NCBI GenBank assembly: GCA_963809895.1
Contig: CAWELD010000003.1
Span: 2,912,001-2,976,000, forward strand
From: an uncultured Gemmatimonadales bacterium
GTDB lineage: Bacteria; Gemmatimonadota; Gemmatimonadetes; Longimicrobiales; Gaopeijiaceae
Direction of reading: 5' to 3'
Length of the DNA stretch: 64,000 bases
The notes under the pieces are model-generated. The model was not told the DNA's origin and searched no databases. It was given only the letters and a program-made list of their open reading frames with translations. The translations under genes and the position numbers were made by a program. Of the stretch, positions 1-10,768 are shown in pieces (position 1 is the stretch's first letter; each line of letters starts with the position of its first letter).

Positions 1-41
1 CCCCTTCGCGCCGCGGCCGATCTCCGGTAGCTTGTCACGTC

Positions 42-1079
42 ATGGAGATCGGCATCTACACCTTCGCGGAGACCCGGGTCGACCCGGAAACGGGACGACA
101 GCTCGGGGTCCGTGAGCGGATGCGGGACCTGCTGGAGGAGATCGAGCTCGCCGATCAGGTGGGGCTCGACGTGTTCGGCGTGGGCGAGCACCACCGGCCC
201 GACTACGCGGTGTCGGCGCCGGCCGTGGTCCTGGCGGCCGGCGCCGCGCGCACGCACCGCATCCGGCTCACCAGCGCGGTATCGGTATTGAGCTCGGACG
301 ACCCCGTCCGGGTCTTCCAGGATTTCGCCACCCTGGACCTGATCTCCGGCGGCCGGGCCGAGATCATGGCGGGCCGGGGTTCGTTCATCGAGTCCTTCCC
401 GCTCTTCGGGCAGGACCTGGACGACTACGACGAGCTCTTCGCCGAGAAGCTGGAGCTGCTCCTGGAGCTCCGCAGCCACGAGCGTGTCACGTGGAGCGGC
501 AAGCACCGGCCGGCCATCGACGACCGACCGGTGTTTCCGCGGCCCGTACAGGATCCGCTACCGGTGTGGATCGCGGTGGGCGGCAGTCCGGGATCGGTGG
601 TACGAGCGGGCACGCTGGGGCTCCCCATGGCGCTGGCCATCATCGGCGGCGCACCGGCCCGCTTCAAGCCCATGGTGGAGCTCTACCGCGAGGCGGCGGA
701 GCGGGCCGGCCACGATCCGGCGACGCTGCCGCTCAGCATCAACTCCCACGGCTTCATCGCCGACGATGCGGCAGAGGCGGCCGATATCGCTTTTCCGCCC
801 TTCGCCGAGACCATGAGCCGCATCGGCCGGGAGCGGGGCTGGCCGCCCACCACCCGGGCGCAGTTCGACGCCGAGGCCCGGCTCTCGGGCGCCCTCTTCG
901 TGGGCGGCCCGCAGGAGATCATCGACAAGATCCTCTATCAGCACGAGCTCTTCGGCCACCAGCGCTTCCTGATCCAGCTCACCGTGGGCCCCATGCCCCA
1001 CGACCGCGTCATGCGGGCCATCGAGCTGCTGGGAAACGAGGTGGCCCCGGTGGTTCGGCGGGAGACCGCTCAGGAGTAA
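42..1079 (+). CDS. LLM-class (luciferase-like) flavin-dependent oxidoreductase
   Basis: 345 aa ORF with [31 protein letters not shown] and [15 protein letters not shown] motifs typical of the luciferase-like monooxygenase family. Confidence 0.92.
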   Translation: MEIGIYTFAETRVDPETGRQLGVRERMRDLLEEIELADQVGLDVFGVGEHHRPDYAVSAPAVVLAAGAARTHRIRLTSAVSVLSSDDPVRVFQDFATLDLISGGRAEIMAGRGSFIESFPLFGQDLDDYDELFAEKLELLLELRSHERVTWSGKHRPAIDDRPVFPRPVQDPLPVWIAVGGSPGSVVRAGTLGLPMALAIIGGAPARFKPMVELYREAAERAGHDPATLPLSINSHGFIADDAAEAADIAFPPFAETMSRIGRERGWPPTTRAQFDAEARLSGALFVGGPQEIIDKILYQHELFGHQRFLIQLTVGPMPHDRVMRAIELLGNEVAPVVRRETAQE

Positions 1080-1084
1080 CGAGC

Positions 1085-1121
1085 CGGGGGCCGCGGACGC
1101 GTACCAACGCCGCGGCCCCCG
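1085..1121. terminator. GC-rich hairpin between convergent genes; possible bidirectional terminator
   Basis: CGGGGGCCGCGG-N13-CCGCGGCCCCCG, 12-bp perfect stem; no U-tract. Confidence 0.5.
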
Positions 1122-1147
1122 AGCCGTATCCACCGCCTGGACGAGCG

Positions 1148-4100
1148 TCAGCTGCCGGGCACGCCCCGGCCGGTCGTCCAACGGATTCCCAGCGCGTCCA
1201 TGCGCGCCTCCAGCGCCGGCACTTCCTCCTCCACGGCCTGGCGCAACCCGGGCTCCACGTCGGCGAAGGCCGCCTCCGCGATGTCCAGCTGCTCCCGGTG
1301 CGTGGCCGTCGGCCCGTAGGTCGTGCTCAGGACCCCGCCCAGCACCGTCTGGATGCGTGAGATGATGCCCGGCATGGCGGGCTCCTGTCGGCGTGCCCGG
1401 GTCGGGTCGCCCGCGAGCGCCTCGCGCAGGTCGGTGAGGCGGAGCTCAAGCGCCCGGGCCTGCTCCCGGAGCTCCGGTGTGCCGGCGGGATCGCGGAGCG
1501 CCGCGTTCTTCATGGCCGTCACGCTCTCCATGGCCTCACCCAACGCGCTCATGGCACCCATGACCTGCCGCTGCAGCTCGCCCGCCCGCTGACTGAAGGC
1601 CAGCGTCGCGGCCCGGTCCTGGACCGGCAGCGTGTGCATCCCCAGCGCCTCAACCTGGAAGGGCACGGGATCCACCAGCGGGTGGAACTCGCCGTCCACC
1701 ATGCTGGCGAGCTCCACGGTGAAGCGTCCCGGCACCACCATGGGACCCTGCCCGTCGGAGCGGGAGTTGGCGCTCACCGGCGTGTAGCCCGGGTAGCGCA
1801 GGTCCCAGTTCACCCGGTGCATCCCGCTCGAGGTGGGTCCGGTGACGCGGCGCACCACGTTGCCGTCGGTGTCCCGCACGGTGAGGACGATGGCCGGCGC
1901 CTCCTCCCGGTCCTCGGCCTTGAGTTCCTCCCACGTCGGGTACGGCGTATCCTCGCCCGCCCGCTCCAGCCGGCGCTCCTCGGCGCGCCGCTCGGCCCGC
2001 CTCGTCTGCAGGCCGTCCTCGAGCCAGTAGGTGAAGGTGGCGCCGAACGGCGGGTTGGCATCGGTGTGGAAGTCGGCACCCTGGAAGGCCTGGCCGGGCA
2101 CGCCCAGGGGGGTGTCCTCGATGAACGCCCGGGCGGTCTCGACCGGGAAGATGCGGGCCGCGGCCTCCGACGAGGGCTGCTCCGCCGCCGCCCGCAGCGG
2201 CGTGTAGTCGTCCAGGATCCAGAAGCCCCGTCCGAACGAGGCTGCCACGAGGTCGTTCTCGCGGGTCTGGATCACCAGATCCCGCACGGCGATGGTGGGC
2301 AGGCCTCCGCCGAACTTCACCCAGTGCTGCCCCTCGTCGCGGGTCACCCAGATGCCGAACTCGGTGCCCACGAAGAGGAGCTGGGGATCCTCGGTGTCCT
2401 GGAGCACTGTGTAGATGGATCCGCGCTCCGGCAGATCACCCGTGATGGAGCTCCAGCTCCGGCCGCGGTCCCTGCTGACCAGCAGATAGGGCTTGAAGTC
2501 ACCCATCTTGTGGTTGTTGAAGGCGGCGTAGACGGTGTTGGCGTCGTGCTTGGATGCCTCGATGTCGTTCACGTATGTGCGCTCGGGCACGCCGGGAAAG
2601 CTCGATATCTCACGCCAATTCCCGCCACCGTCCTCACTCACCTGCACCAGCCCGTCGTCGGTGCCCGCGTAGAGCAGGTCGGCCTGGAGCGGCGACTCGC
2701 TCACCGTGGTCAGATTGCCGAACACCGAGGTGGACACGTTCTTGGCCACCGCGTCGACGCTCCACACCCGGTCCATGACCTCCAGCGCGTTGCGATCGAG
2801 CTGACGGGTGAGGTCCGGCGAAATGGCCGTCCAGGTGTCGCCCCGGTCGTCGCTTCTGAAGAGCATCTGAGCGCCGAAATAGAGGCGCTGGGGATTGTGG
2901 GGCGAGATGAGGATCGGCGAGTCCCAGTTCCAGCGCAGCGGGGGGCCATCGGCCGCCTCCTGGGGCTTGATGTCCACCTGCTCGCCGGTGAGACGATCGA
3001 AGCGGATCAGGCCGCCGTACTGCCACTCCGAGTAGACGATGTTCGGATTCGAGGGATCCACGGCCTGGCCGAAGCCGTCGCCGAAGACGGTGGTGAACCA
3101 GTCCGAGTTGCGGATGCCGTGGGTGTTGGTGGTCTGGCTCGGCACCCCGTGCGAGGCGTTGTCCTGGGTGCCCCCGTACACGTAGTAGAAGGGCTCGTCG
3201 TTGCTGACCGCGGTCTTGTAGTACTGGGCCAGCGGCAGGTTGGGGAAGAAGCGGTAGGTGCGGCCGCGGTCGAAGGTCTCGTAGAGTCCGCCGTCGCACC
3301 CGAACAGCATGTGCTCCGGGTCGTCGGGGTCCTGCCAGAAGGCGTGGTTGTCCACGTGCTTGTCGGCTTCGCCGAACGGATGGAAGCTCCGTCCGCCGTC
3401 CTCCGACGTCATGATGTTGGTGTCCAGCGCGTAGATGCGGTCCGGATCCTCGCGGTCGACGTAGATCTCGTTGTAGTACTGCGGGCTGCCCGACACGTAG
3501 TCGCTCTGCCTGGACCAGCTCTCGCCGCCGTCGTCGGAGCGGTAGAATCCCCCCTCGCCTCCGGACAGCTCGATGATGGCGTAGACGACGTCGGGATCCG
3601 ATGGCGCCAGCGCCAGGCCGATGCGGCCCTTGTCACCGCCCGGCAGTCCCTTCTCGATCTTGCGCCAGGTGTCGCCACCATCGGTGCTCTTCCACACCCC
3701 GGAGCCCGGGCCGCCGTCGATGAGCGTCCACACGTGCCGGCGGCGCTGATACGATGCGGCGTACAGCACGTCTGGATCCCGGGGATCCATGAGCAGGTCC
3801 GTGGCGCCGGTGTTCTCGTCGATGGCCAGCACCTGATCCCACGACTCGCCGCCGTCGGTGGTGCGGTAGACGCCTCGCTCGCCCCCGGCGCTCCACAGCG
3901 GACCCTGGGCCGCCACGAAGACGCGGTCGGAATTCGTGGGATCCACCAGGATGCGGGCGATGTGCTCCGAGCTCTCCAGACCCATCTTCTCGAAGGATCC
4001 TCCGCCGTCCAGCGACTTGTAGATGCCGTCGCCGTAGGCCACCGAGCGCTGGGAGTTGTTCTCGCCGGTCCCCACCCACACGGTGGACGGGTTCGAGGGG

Positions 4101-4462
4101 TCCACGGCCACGGTGCCGATGGAATAGGACCCGTAGTGATCGAAGACGGGACGGAAGGTCACCCCTGCGTTGCCCGTCTTCCACACGCCGCCCGAGGCCG
4201 TCGCAACGTACCAGGTGGAGGCATCGGTGGGATCCGTGGCCACCTCCACCACGCGACCGCTCATGAAGGCGCCGCCCAGGTTGCGGAAACGGAGGCCGGA
4301 AACAGCGGCACGAAACAGGTCGGCGCTGGCCGAGTCCGCTTCCTGGGCCGCCACCCGCGGCGGCGCCACGAAGGAGAGCAGTGCCAGAACCGTACACGAG
4401 ATCGAAGCCAGCGCCGCAGAGGCGCGCCGGCGGGAATTGCGGGACAAGACGGTGCGGATCAT
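1148..4462 (-). CDS. Secreted VPS10/BNR (Asp-box) repeat beta-propeller protein, glycosyl-hydrolase-like
   Basis: Signal peptide ending VAA-QE; many Asp-boxes (SLDGGGSF, TTDGGESW, STDGGDTW, SDDGGESW, SEDGGGNW); GGTQDN and RWNWDSPI motifs; start set at MIRTV (4462). Confidence 0.88.
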   Translation of the reverse strand: MIRTVLSRNSRRRASAALASISCTVLALLSFVAPPRVAAQEADSASADLFRAAVSGLRFRNLGGAFMSGRVVEVATDPTDASTWYVATASGGVWKTGNAGVTFRPVFDHYGSYSIGTVAVDPSNPSTVWVGTGENNSQRSVAYGDGIYKSLDGGGSFEKMGLESSEHIARILVDPTNSDRVFVAAQGPLWSAGGERGVYRTTDGGESWDQVLAIDENTGATDLLMDPRDPDVLYAASYQRRRHVWTLIDGGPGSGVWKSTDGGDTWRKIEKGLPGGDKGRIGLALAPSDPDVVYAIIELSGGEGGFYRSDDGGESWSRQSDYVSGSPQYYNEIYVDREDPDRIYALDTNIMTSEDGGRSFHPFGEADKHVDNHAFWQDPDDPEHMLFGCDGGLYETFDRGRTYRFFPNLPLAQYYKTAVSNDEPFYYVYGGTQDNASHGVPSQTTNTHGIRNSDWFTTVFGDGFGQAVDPSNPNIVYSEWQYGGLIRFDRLTGEQVDIKPQEAADGPPLRWNWDSPILISPHNPQRLYFGAQMLFRSDDRGDTWTAISPDLTRQLDRNALEVMDRVWSVDAVAKNVSTSVFGNLTTVSESPLQADLLYAGTDDGLVQVSEDGGGNWREISSFPGVPERTYVNDIEASKHDANTVYAAFNNHKMGDFKPYLLVSRDRGRSWSSITGDLPERGSIYTVLQDTEDPQLLFVGTEFGIWVTRDEGQHWVKFGGGLPTIAVRDLVIQTRENDLVAASFGRGFWILDDYTPLRAAAEQPSSEAAARIFPVETARAFIEDTPLGVPGQAFQGADFHTDANPPFGATFTYWLEDGLQTRRAERRAEERRLERAGEDTPYPTWEELKAEDREEAPAIVLTVRDTDGNVVRRVTGPTSSGMHRVNWDLRYPGYTPVSANSRSDGQGPMVVPGRFTVELASMVDGEFHPLVDPVPFQVEALGMHTLPVQDRAATLAFSQRAGELQRQVMGAMSALGEAMESVTAMKNAALRDPAGTPELREQARALELRLTDLREALAGDPTRARRQEPAMPGIISRIQTVLGGVLSTTYGPTATHREQLDIAEAAFADVEPGLRQAVEEEVPALEARMDALGIRWTTGRGVPGS

Positions 4463-4644
4463 GGGAACCTCGACGGGTAGAGCGCGAACAGCGTGGATCC
4501 CGCGGCAGCCCGCCACGGGCCACCACCCACGGACCATGGCGCGTCGCCGCCGGTTCTGCCAGTCGGGAGAAATCCTCCGGGGGCGTGCCGCCCGCGAAGT
4601 GTTATCGTGAGGGCCACCATCGAGTCCGTTGTCCAGGGGTCCGC

Positions 4645-5340
4645 GTGAGCCGTAGATACAACGACCAGGAAGTCGGCCTGATCCTCCAGAAGGCGCTGGA
4701 GCCCCGGCGCGAGGCCCAGCAACTCGAGGTGGACGGCGGCGGGCTGTCGCTGGACCAGATCAAGGAGATCGCGGCCGAGGTCGGCATCGAGCCGGCGCGC
4801 ATCGAGCTGGCGGCAGCGAGCCTGGTCGAGCCCACGCCGGCATCCCCCAATCTCTACGTGGGCATCCCCACCACCATCCAGTTCCAGACCACCCTCGAGG
4901 GCATCTCCGTGGAGGAGCTGGACCACTCGGAGATCCTGGCCGTGATCCGCGCGGTCATGGGTCGGCACGGGAGGGTGGGCAGCGAGTTCGGCTCGCTGGA
5001 GTGGGAGGCCAAGGATGCTCTCGGCGCGCGCTACGTCTCGCTCATGCCGGCCAAGGAGGGGGTGCGCATCCGGGTCATGGGCAACTTCCGCGACGGCATG
5101 CTGGTCTCGGTGGCCGGGGTCGGGGGCGTGACCTTCGCCGCCTCGTCGGCGGTGCTGGCCTCCTTCCTGGGGCCGTTGGGTCTGCCCGCCGCCGGCGCGC
5201 TGGCGCTGGTCCCACCCCGGTTCTTCTACCGCTGGCGGCGCCGCTCCGAAGACGCCCGCCTGCGCGAAGTGCACGAGCGGCTGGTGGCGCTCCTGGGCGC
5301 GCCACTCACAGAGCCACCCAGATTGCCGGATGGTCCATGA
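4645..5340 (+). CDS. Hypothetical membrane protein
   Basis: GTG start (SRRYNDQEVGLILQKA...GLSLDQIKEIAAEVGI); two C-terminal hydrophobic helices; typical codon usage. Confidence 0.7.
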   Translation: MSRRYNDQEVGLILQKALEPRREAQQLEVDGGGLSLDQIKEIAAEVGIEPARIELAAASLVEPTPASPNLYVGIPTTIQFQTTLEGISVEELDHSEILAVIRAVMGRHGRVGSEFGSLEWEAKDALGARYVSLMPAKEGVRIRVMGNFRDGMLVSVAGVGGVTFAASSAVLASFLGPLGLPAAGALALVPPRFFYRWRRRSEDARLREVHERLVALLGAPLTEPPRLPDGP

Positions 5341-5830
5341 CCGCGAGAAAGCGGAGCATGTCGGCGCGGGCGATGGCCGTGGTGCGGGCGTTGTCCAGCG
5401 GATGGGCGTTCCAGAGGTCGTAGTCCCGGAGGCCCCGGTCCAGCGCCACCTGCACCCTGCGGCCGTGATCGTTGATCACCGCGAAGGGTGACACCGCCCC
5501 GGGAGTGAGGCCCAGGTAGCGCATCAGGCGGCCTTCGCTCCCGAAGGAGAGACGTCCCGACGCCCCCAGCGCATCGGCCAGCGCCTTCAGGTCGACCTCC
5601 CGGTCGTGGAGCGCCACCACCAGCCACATGCGCCCCTTCTTGTCTCTCAGGAAGAGGTTCTTGGTGTGGGCCCCGGGCAGGTCGCCCTTGAGCGCCTGGG
5701 CCTCCTCCACCGTGTAGACCGGGTCGTGCTCGTGGGTCGCGGCCTCGATGCCCATGGCCTCCAGCCGCGACAGAAGCTGGTCCGAGGTCGCGGGCTCGGT
5801 ACCGTCGTCGAGGAGCTGGGCTGAGGTCAT
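5306..5830 (-). CDS. YbaK/ProX-family aminoacyl-tRNA deacylase (ProXp-ala/PrdX-like)
   Basis: HDPVYTVEEA, KNLFLRDKKG, GLTPGAVSPFA and HPLDNARTT motifs. Confidence 0.9.
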   Translation of the reverse strand: MTSAQLLDDGTEPATSDQLLSRLEAMGIEAATHEHDPVYTVEEAQALKGDLPGAHTKNLFLRDKKGRMWLVVALHDREVDLKALADALGASGRLSFGSEGRLMRYLGLTPGAVSPFAVINDHGRRVQVALDRGLRDYDLWNAHPLDNARTTAIARADMLRFLAVMDHPAIWVAL

Positions 5831-5887
5831 GGCGTTGAGGTAGGGGATTCCCGACAGCCGCGCCAGCTCACTCGCCGGGCCTTCAAC

Positions 5888-6607
5888 TCACTCCGGACGC
5901 GTCCCAGTGGCCTCCACCGTGCGCACGTTGGTGGCGTTCTCGAGGATGAGCTTGACGACGAAGCCCTTTCCGGCCTCGATGTCGGTGAGCGAAAAGGAGA
6001 TGTTGAACTGCCCCGAAGCGCCGTCGCTCTGCCCGGTCGGACCGTCGTCGACGTATTCGAGGAGATCGGGTCCTGGTTGCTCCACCACCCGGTAGAGCTC
6101 CGTGCGCCAGGTGTGGGCCTGGGGAGGCGCGGTCCAGGCAAGCGTCACCTCCAAGGCATCCGCGGTCGTGGAGAGGCCCGTCACCGGGAGGAGCCCGGGA
6201 ATCTGAAGCGGAGCGGTGATGAAGACCTTGTCGTTGACGTCATAGGTGAGTTCCAACCGGTAGTCGCCGGGGGTGAGCTCTTCAGGGTGAGCCTCATCGA
6301 CAACGGTAGCCACCCACCCTCCGCTGATCTGATCGAACTCGGCGTCCGCCGTCGTGCGGGTCGAGCCGTCGGGCCAGCTCACGGCGATCCCCTGGATCTC
6401 CTGCACCTCACCGTCGGACACCTCGGATCCGGCGGTGACCCGGAATTCGGGCACGTAGGTCGACTCGGTCCCGACCTGGGTGATGAGATTGCGGGCGCTC
6501 AGGGTGAAGTCTCGGGAACGAGAAGGCCCCGTGGCATCGCCGCAGGCACCGGCGGTCACGATGGCGGCCAGCGCAGCGGCGGAGAATCGTGCACGACGAA
6601 GGTTCAT
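5888..6607 (-). CDS. Hypothetical lipoprotein
   Basis: Lipobox-like IVTAGAC after a basic/hydrophobic leader; beta-rich mature region. Confidence 0.65.
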   Translation of the reverse strand: MNLRRARFSAAALAAIVTAGACGDATGPSRSRDFTLSARNLITQVGTESTYVPEFRVTAGSEVSDGEVQEIQGIAVSWPDGSTRTTADAEFDQISGGWVATVVDEAHPEELTPGDYRLELTYDVNDKVFITAPLQIPGLLPVTGLSTTADALEVTLAWTAPPQAHTWRTELYRVVEQPGPDLLEYVDDGPTGQSDGASGQFNISFSLTDIEAGKGFVVKLILENATNVRTVEATGTRPE

Positions 6608-6741
6608 GTCGGTCTCGGCGTTGTTGGAGGACGCGGGTCACTCCCGAGACGGATCGGCGGCCCCGATTCTGCCGCGGCGGGGGCCGTCCGATATCCCCCG
6701 GGGGGAAGCGCCACCGGCCCGTCTTTCCTAGAATGGTGCCC

Positions 6742-7863
6742 ATGTCCTCGCACGACCGGGCGCGCAGCGCCGCCCAACGATTCCTGGCCAGGGCCGAGGT
6801 CGCCATCGACGGCGACGAGCCCTGGGACCTCCAGGTCCACGACGACAGGTTCTTCCGCCGCGTCCTCGCCGGGGGCTCCCTGGCGCTGGGCGAGTCCTAC
6901 ATGGACGGGTGGTGGGACGTGAAGCGGCTGGACCAGTTCTTCTGCCGCGTGTGCCGGGCAGGACTCGACAAGGCCCTGCGAGGAGACTGGCGCACGCTCC
7001 TGCTGGCGATCACCAGCCGCATCTTCAACCGGCAATCCCACCGGCGCGCGGCCATCGTCGCCCAGGAGCACTACGACCGGGGCAACGACCTCTTCCAGGC
7101 CATGCTGGATCCGCGCATGGTCTACACCTGCGCCTACTGGAAGGACGCCGACAACCTGGCCGACGCCCAGGTGGCCAAGATGGACCTGGTGTGCCGCAAG
7201 CTGGGGCTGGAGCCGGGAGACCGGGTGCTGGACATCGGCTGCGGCTTCGGCTCCTTCGCCCGCTACGCCGCCGAGGAATACGGCGCCGAGGTGGTGGGCA
7301 TCAGCGTCTCGGAAGAGCAGACGAAGTACGCCCGTCAGGAAACCGCCGGGCTGCCCGTGGAGATCCGCATCCAGGACTACCGCGACGTCGAGGGCCACTT
7401 CGACCACGTGGCGTCCATCGGCATGTTCGAGGCCGTGGGCTGGCGCAACTACCGGCCCTACATGGAGAGCGTGCGCCGGGTGATCGCCGACGACGGGCTG
7501 TTCGTGCTGCAGACCTTCGGCAACGACGTCTCGGTGAAGGAGTCCGAGGCCTGGTTCGACAAGTACATCTTCCCCAACGGGATGATTCCGTCGATCGCGC
7601 AGATGGGGAAGGCGGCCGAGGGCCTCTTCACCATCGAGGACTGGCACAATTTCGGCGCCGACTACGACAAGACGCTCATGGCCTGGCACGGCAACATCGA
7701 GGCGGCCTGGGACCGCCTCAAGGGGTACGACGAGCGCTTCCGCCGCATGTGGCGCTACTACCTGCTGTCGCTGGCCGGCGCCTTCCGGGCCCGCACCATC
7801 CAGCTCTGGCAGGTGGTGTTCTCACCCCGCGGGGTGCCCGGGGGTTACGCCACCGTCCGCTGA
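6742..7863 (+). CDS. cfa: Cyclopropane-fatty-acyl-phospholipid synthase
   Basis: LGESYMDGWW, HYDRGNDLF, YTCAYW, VLDIGCGFG, SIGMFEAVG and KYIFPNG motifs. Confidence 0.95.
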   Translation: MSSHDRARSAAQRFLARAEVAIDGDEPWDLQVHDDRFFRRVLAGGSLALGESYMDGWWDVKRLDQFFCRVCRAGLDKALRGDWRTLLLAITSRIFNRQSHRRAAIVAQEHYDRGNDLFQAMLDPRMVYTCAYWKDADNLADAQVAKMDLVCRKLGLEPGDRVLDIGCGFGSFARYAAEEYGAEVVGISVSEEQTKYARQETAGLPVEIRIQDYRDVEGHFDHVASIGMFEAVGWRNYRPYMESVRRVIADDGLFVLQTFGNDVSVKESEAWFDKYIFPNGMIPSIAQMGKAAEGLFTIEDWHNFGADYDKTLMAWHGNIEAAWDRLKGYDERFRRMWRYYLLSLAGAFRARTIQLWQVVFSPRGVPGGYATVR

Positions 7864-10589
7864 CACCACCGGCGCCGGCGGCGCCTTGCCCTTGTCCAGG
7901 AAGGGCACGCCGCCTTCCATCCACGCCGGGGCCGGCGCGTCCATGAGGTAGTGGTCGAAGAACTGCTTCATGCGGATCTGGAAGTCCTTCTGGTTGGCCT
8001 CTTTCGACAGGTGGTGCGGCTCGTCTGGATACGAGAGCAGGATCACCGTCTTGCCCATGCGCCGGGCCGCCGTGTAGAGCTCGAGCCCCTGGTTCCAGTC
8101 CACCGCGCCGTCGGCGGTGCCCTGCAGGATCAGGAAGGGCGTCGTGATGTTCTTCACGTGCTCGATGGGGGATTGGCTGCGCCAGCGCTCCGGGTCGTCC
8201 CAGGGCGTGTCGCCCATGCGGCCCTGGCTCCACTGCAGGATGGGCCCGTTCACCGAGCCCGACTGCTTGTAGAGGATGTTGTTCATGCTCATGAGGTCCG
8301 TGAGCGGAGCTCCGGTGACGATGCACGCGAACATGTCGGTCTGGGTGAGGATGAACGAGGTCTCGTAGCCTCCCCAGGAGTGGCCCTGCAGGCCGATGTG
8401 GTCGGGATCGGCGTAGCCCAGGTCGATGACCTTCTGCGCCGCCGCCGTGACGTCGTCCAGCGCCGAGCTGCCCGGATAGCCGTCGTCGTAGACGATGTCG
8501 GGCATGAGCACCAGGTAGCCGTTGCTGGCGTAGGTGGACATGTGGGGCCGGTCGTCGTACACGGGCTGGCTGAACTCGTGGTGGCGCTGGCTCATCTTCT
8601 CGTAGAAGTAGATGACCATGGGATAGCGCCGACCCTCCTGGTAGCCCGCCGGCAGGGCCAGCGTGGCCTGCAGGTCGTTGCCGCGCTGATCGGTGTAGTC
8701 CACGAGCACACGGCGCCCCCACGCGAAGTCCGCGAGCTGCGGATTGGCGTCGGTGACCTGGCGGGGACTGCGGAGCCGGCCGTCGCTCACCCAGTAGTCG
8801 GGGAACTGCTGGAAGGTCTGACGCGTGAAGACAACCCGGTCGGCGTTCTCGGCCTTGATGAGACCGCCGATCATCTCGTCGCCGAAGAGGAGCGCCTCGG
8901 GATCCCCGCCCGGGCGCGCCCGGTAAGTAGCCGGACTTCTTGGTCCACTCGCCGTAGGCCGACAGCATGGCGCCGTCGGGGTCGGTCCAGTCGGCGTCCC
9001 GGTCCAGGCGCTCCAGCCGGAAGCGGATCTGCTCCCGGCCGCCCATGCCGCCGGTGACGCTCCGGGCCTCGCCACCGGCCAGCGGCACCGCCCACACGTC
9101 GTACTGCGAGTACAGCAGTGCGTCGCCGTCTTCGGTCCAGCCGCCCACCGGATACGCGGGCTGCTCGCCCATGAGATCGTATTCGGCGTTGGAGAAGTCG
9201 ATGCCCGTACGCTCCGACAGGTTCTGATCTTCGAGGGATTGCAGGTCGACGGCGTGCACCGCTCCATCGCGGCTGTAGAGGAGCCACCGGCCGTCGGGCG
9301 AGCTGCCCATGGGCCGGCGCACGGCCTCCGCCATGACGCGCTGCTCGCCGGTGCCGGGATCGATACGCACCAGGTCGGCCCGCCCGTCCTCCACGTCGAC
9401 GATGGAGCGGTAGGGCGCGTCGCGACGGCCGATGGCCCAGCGGCCGTCGTCGGTGAGGTCGACCCGGGGCATGTCTTCGGTGGCCAGGCGCACGAAGCGG
9501 CCGCCGTCGAGGTTGTAGACCGCGGTGTAGGTGAAGCGGCGGTCGCCGGGTGCCTGGCGCATCTGCACCGACTGCACGCGGTCGTCGTGCCAGTGCCAGA
9601 CGTCCACGTTGGCCTGCTCGTCGCCGTTCTCGGCCTCGGGCGCTTCGGGCTCCTGCTCCTTGATGCCCACCACCAGGCGCGCGCCGTCCTTCGTCCAGCG
9701 CGTGTTGGCCAGCTCCGAGAGGACGAATCCCTCGGGGAAGACATCGTCGGTGGCCGGATCCCAGGTGGTCACCGACGGGCTGGCGCCGTCCACGCCCCGG
9801 GCCACCACCAGCACGTTGGCGCGCTGCGCCATGCTGTCGGGCGTCTCGCCGCGCAGGGCGGCCACGTCGGCGCCCGGCCTCGCTCCAGGTGAGGTCGGAG
9901 AAGCGCGCCTGGCCCGTGCTCAGCGGACGGATGCGGCCCTCGGCGGCGTTGACGACGTAGAGGCCGTTGCCCGCCTCGGCCTGGGCATCGACCAGGTAGC
10001 CCAGCGTCGCGCCCGATTCGTCGAAGGCGTACTCGGAAACGTTGCCCAGTGACAGCACCGTGCCGGCCTGCAGGTCCCGGAGCAGGAGGTCGGCGCCGGT
10101 GTGCTCGGCCTCACGGTCGGCCCGCTCGCGGAGGATCGCCAGGAAGCGACCGCCGTCGGAGAAGGCGAACGATGCCACCCCGGGATCCGTCTGCTCGTCG
10201 CCGCTCCGCAGGTCCACCAGATGGAAGGTGTGGGGCACGGGCTTGCGCTGCTGCCGAAGCTTGTCGGCCTCCTCCTCCGGGGGCGCCGTCAGGAAGCCCA
10301 CCCAGCGCCCGTCGTCGGAGAACGCCGCGTCGGAGCCGTTCACACCCTCGTAGACGGCGTCCCCGTCCAGCGACTTCACCCGGAGCGTGGCGTCGCCGTC
10401 GTTGGGCTGGACCGTATACGCCATCCAGGCGCCGTCCGGCGACAACGAGACCCGGTTGATGCGGCTCCAGGGGCCGTAGTCGGCCAGGGTGAGCGGGCGC
10501 TTCTCCTGCGCGTGGGCCGCGGCAGGCAGGAGCAGGAGGACGGCCAGGAGCCGGAGCAGGTCGGCGGTATGGTGATGCTGGCGACGCAT
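7822..10589 (-). pseudogene. S9-family (prolyl oligopeptidase/acylaminoacyl peptidase-like) secreted peptidase split by two frameshifts (~9880, ~8925); probably intact in vivo
   Basis: Signal peptide and propeller in frame 8871..10751; middle in frame 7718..9865; catalytic domain (GHSWGG, GTADGAV, EPHH) in frame 7822..9744. Confidence 0.85.
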
Positions 10590-10768
10590 GAAATCCCTCT
10601 CGGAAGGCGGTGGGCACCGGGCCATGCTGCAGGTCCCGGCCGCCTCGGGCAAGACCACGCGTCTGCCGGCGGCGAGAGCGGCACAGCGGCGGCCCCGGGG
10701 AGTAGTCCAGAGAGCCCGGGCGCTCGCCTTTCGGGCGCACCCGCTGACCACGATTCGATCGACCTGCC

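Noticed and set aside
1634..4480. Long antisense ORFs (also 13446..15245, 10376..12607, 34244..36166, 52724..54535)
   Set aside because: They mirror well-supported genes on the opposite strand and show no motifs of their own.
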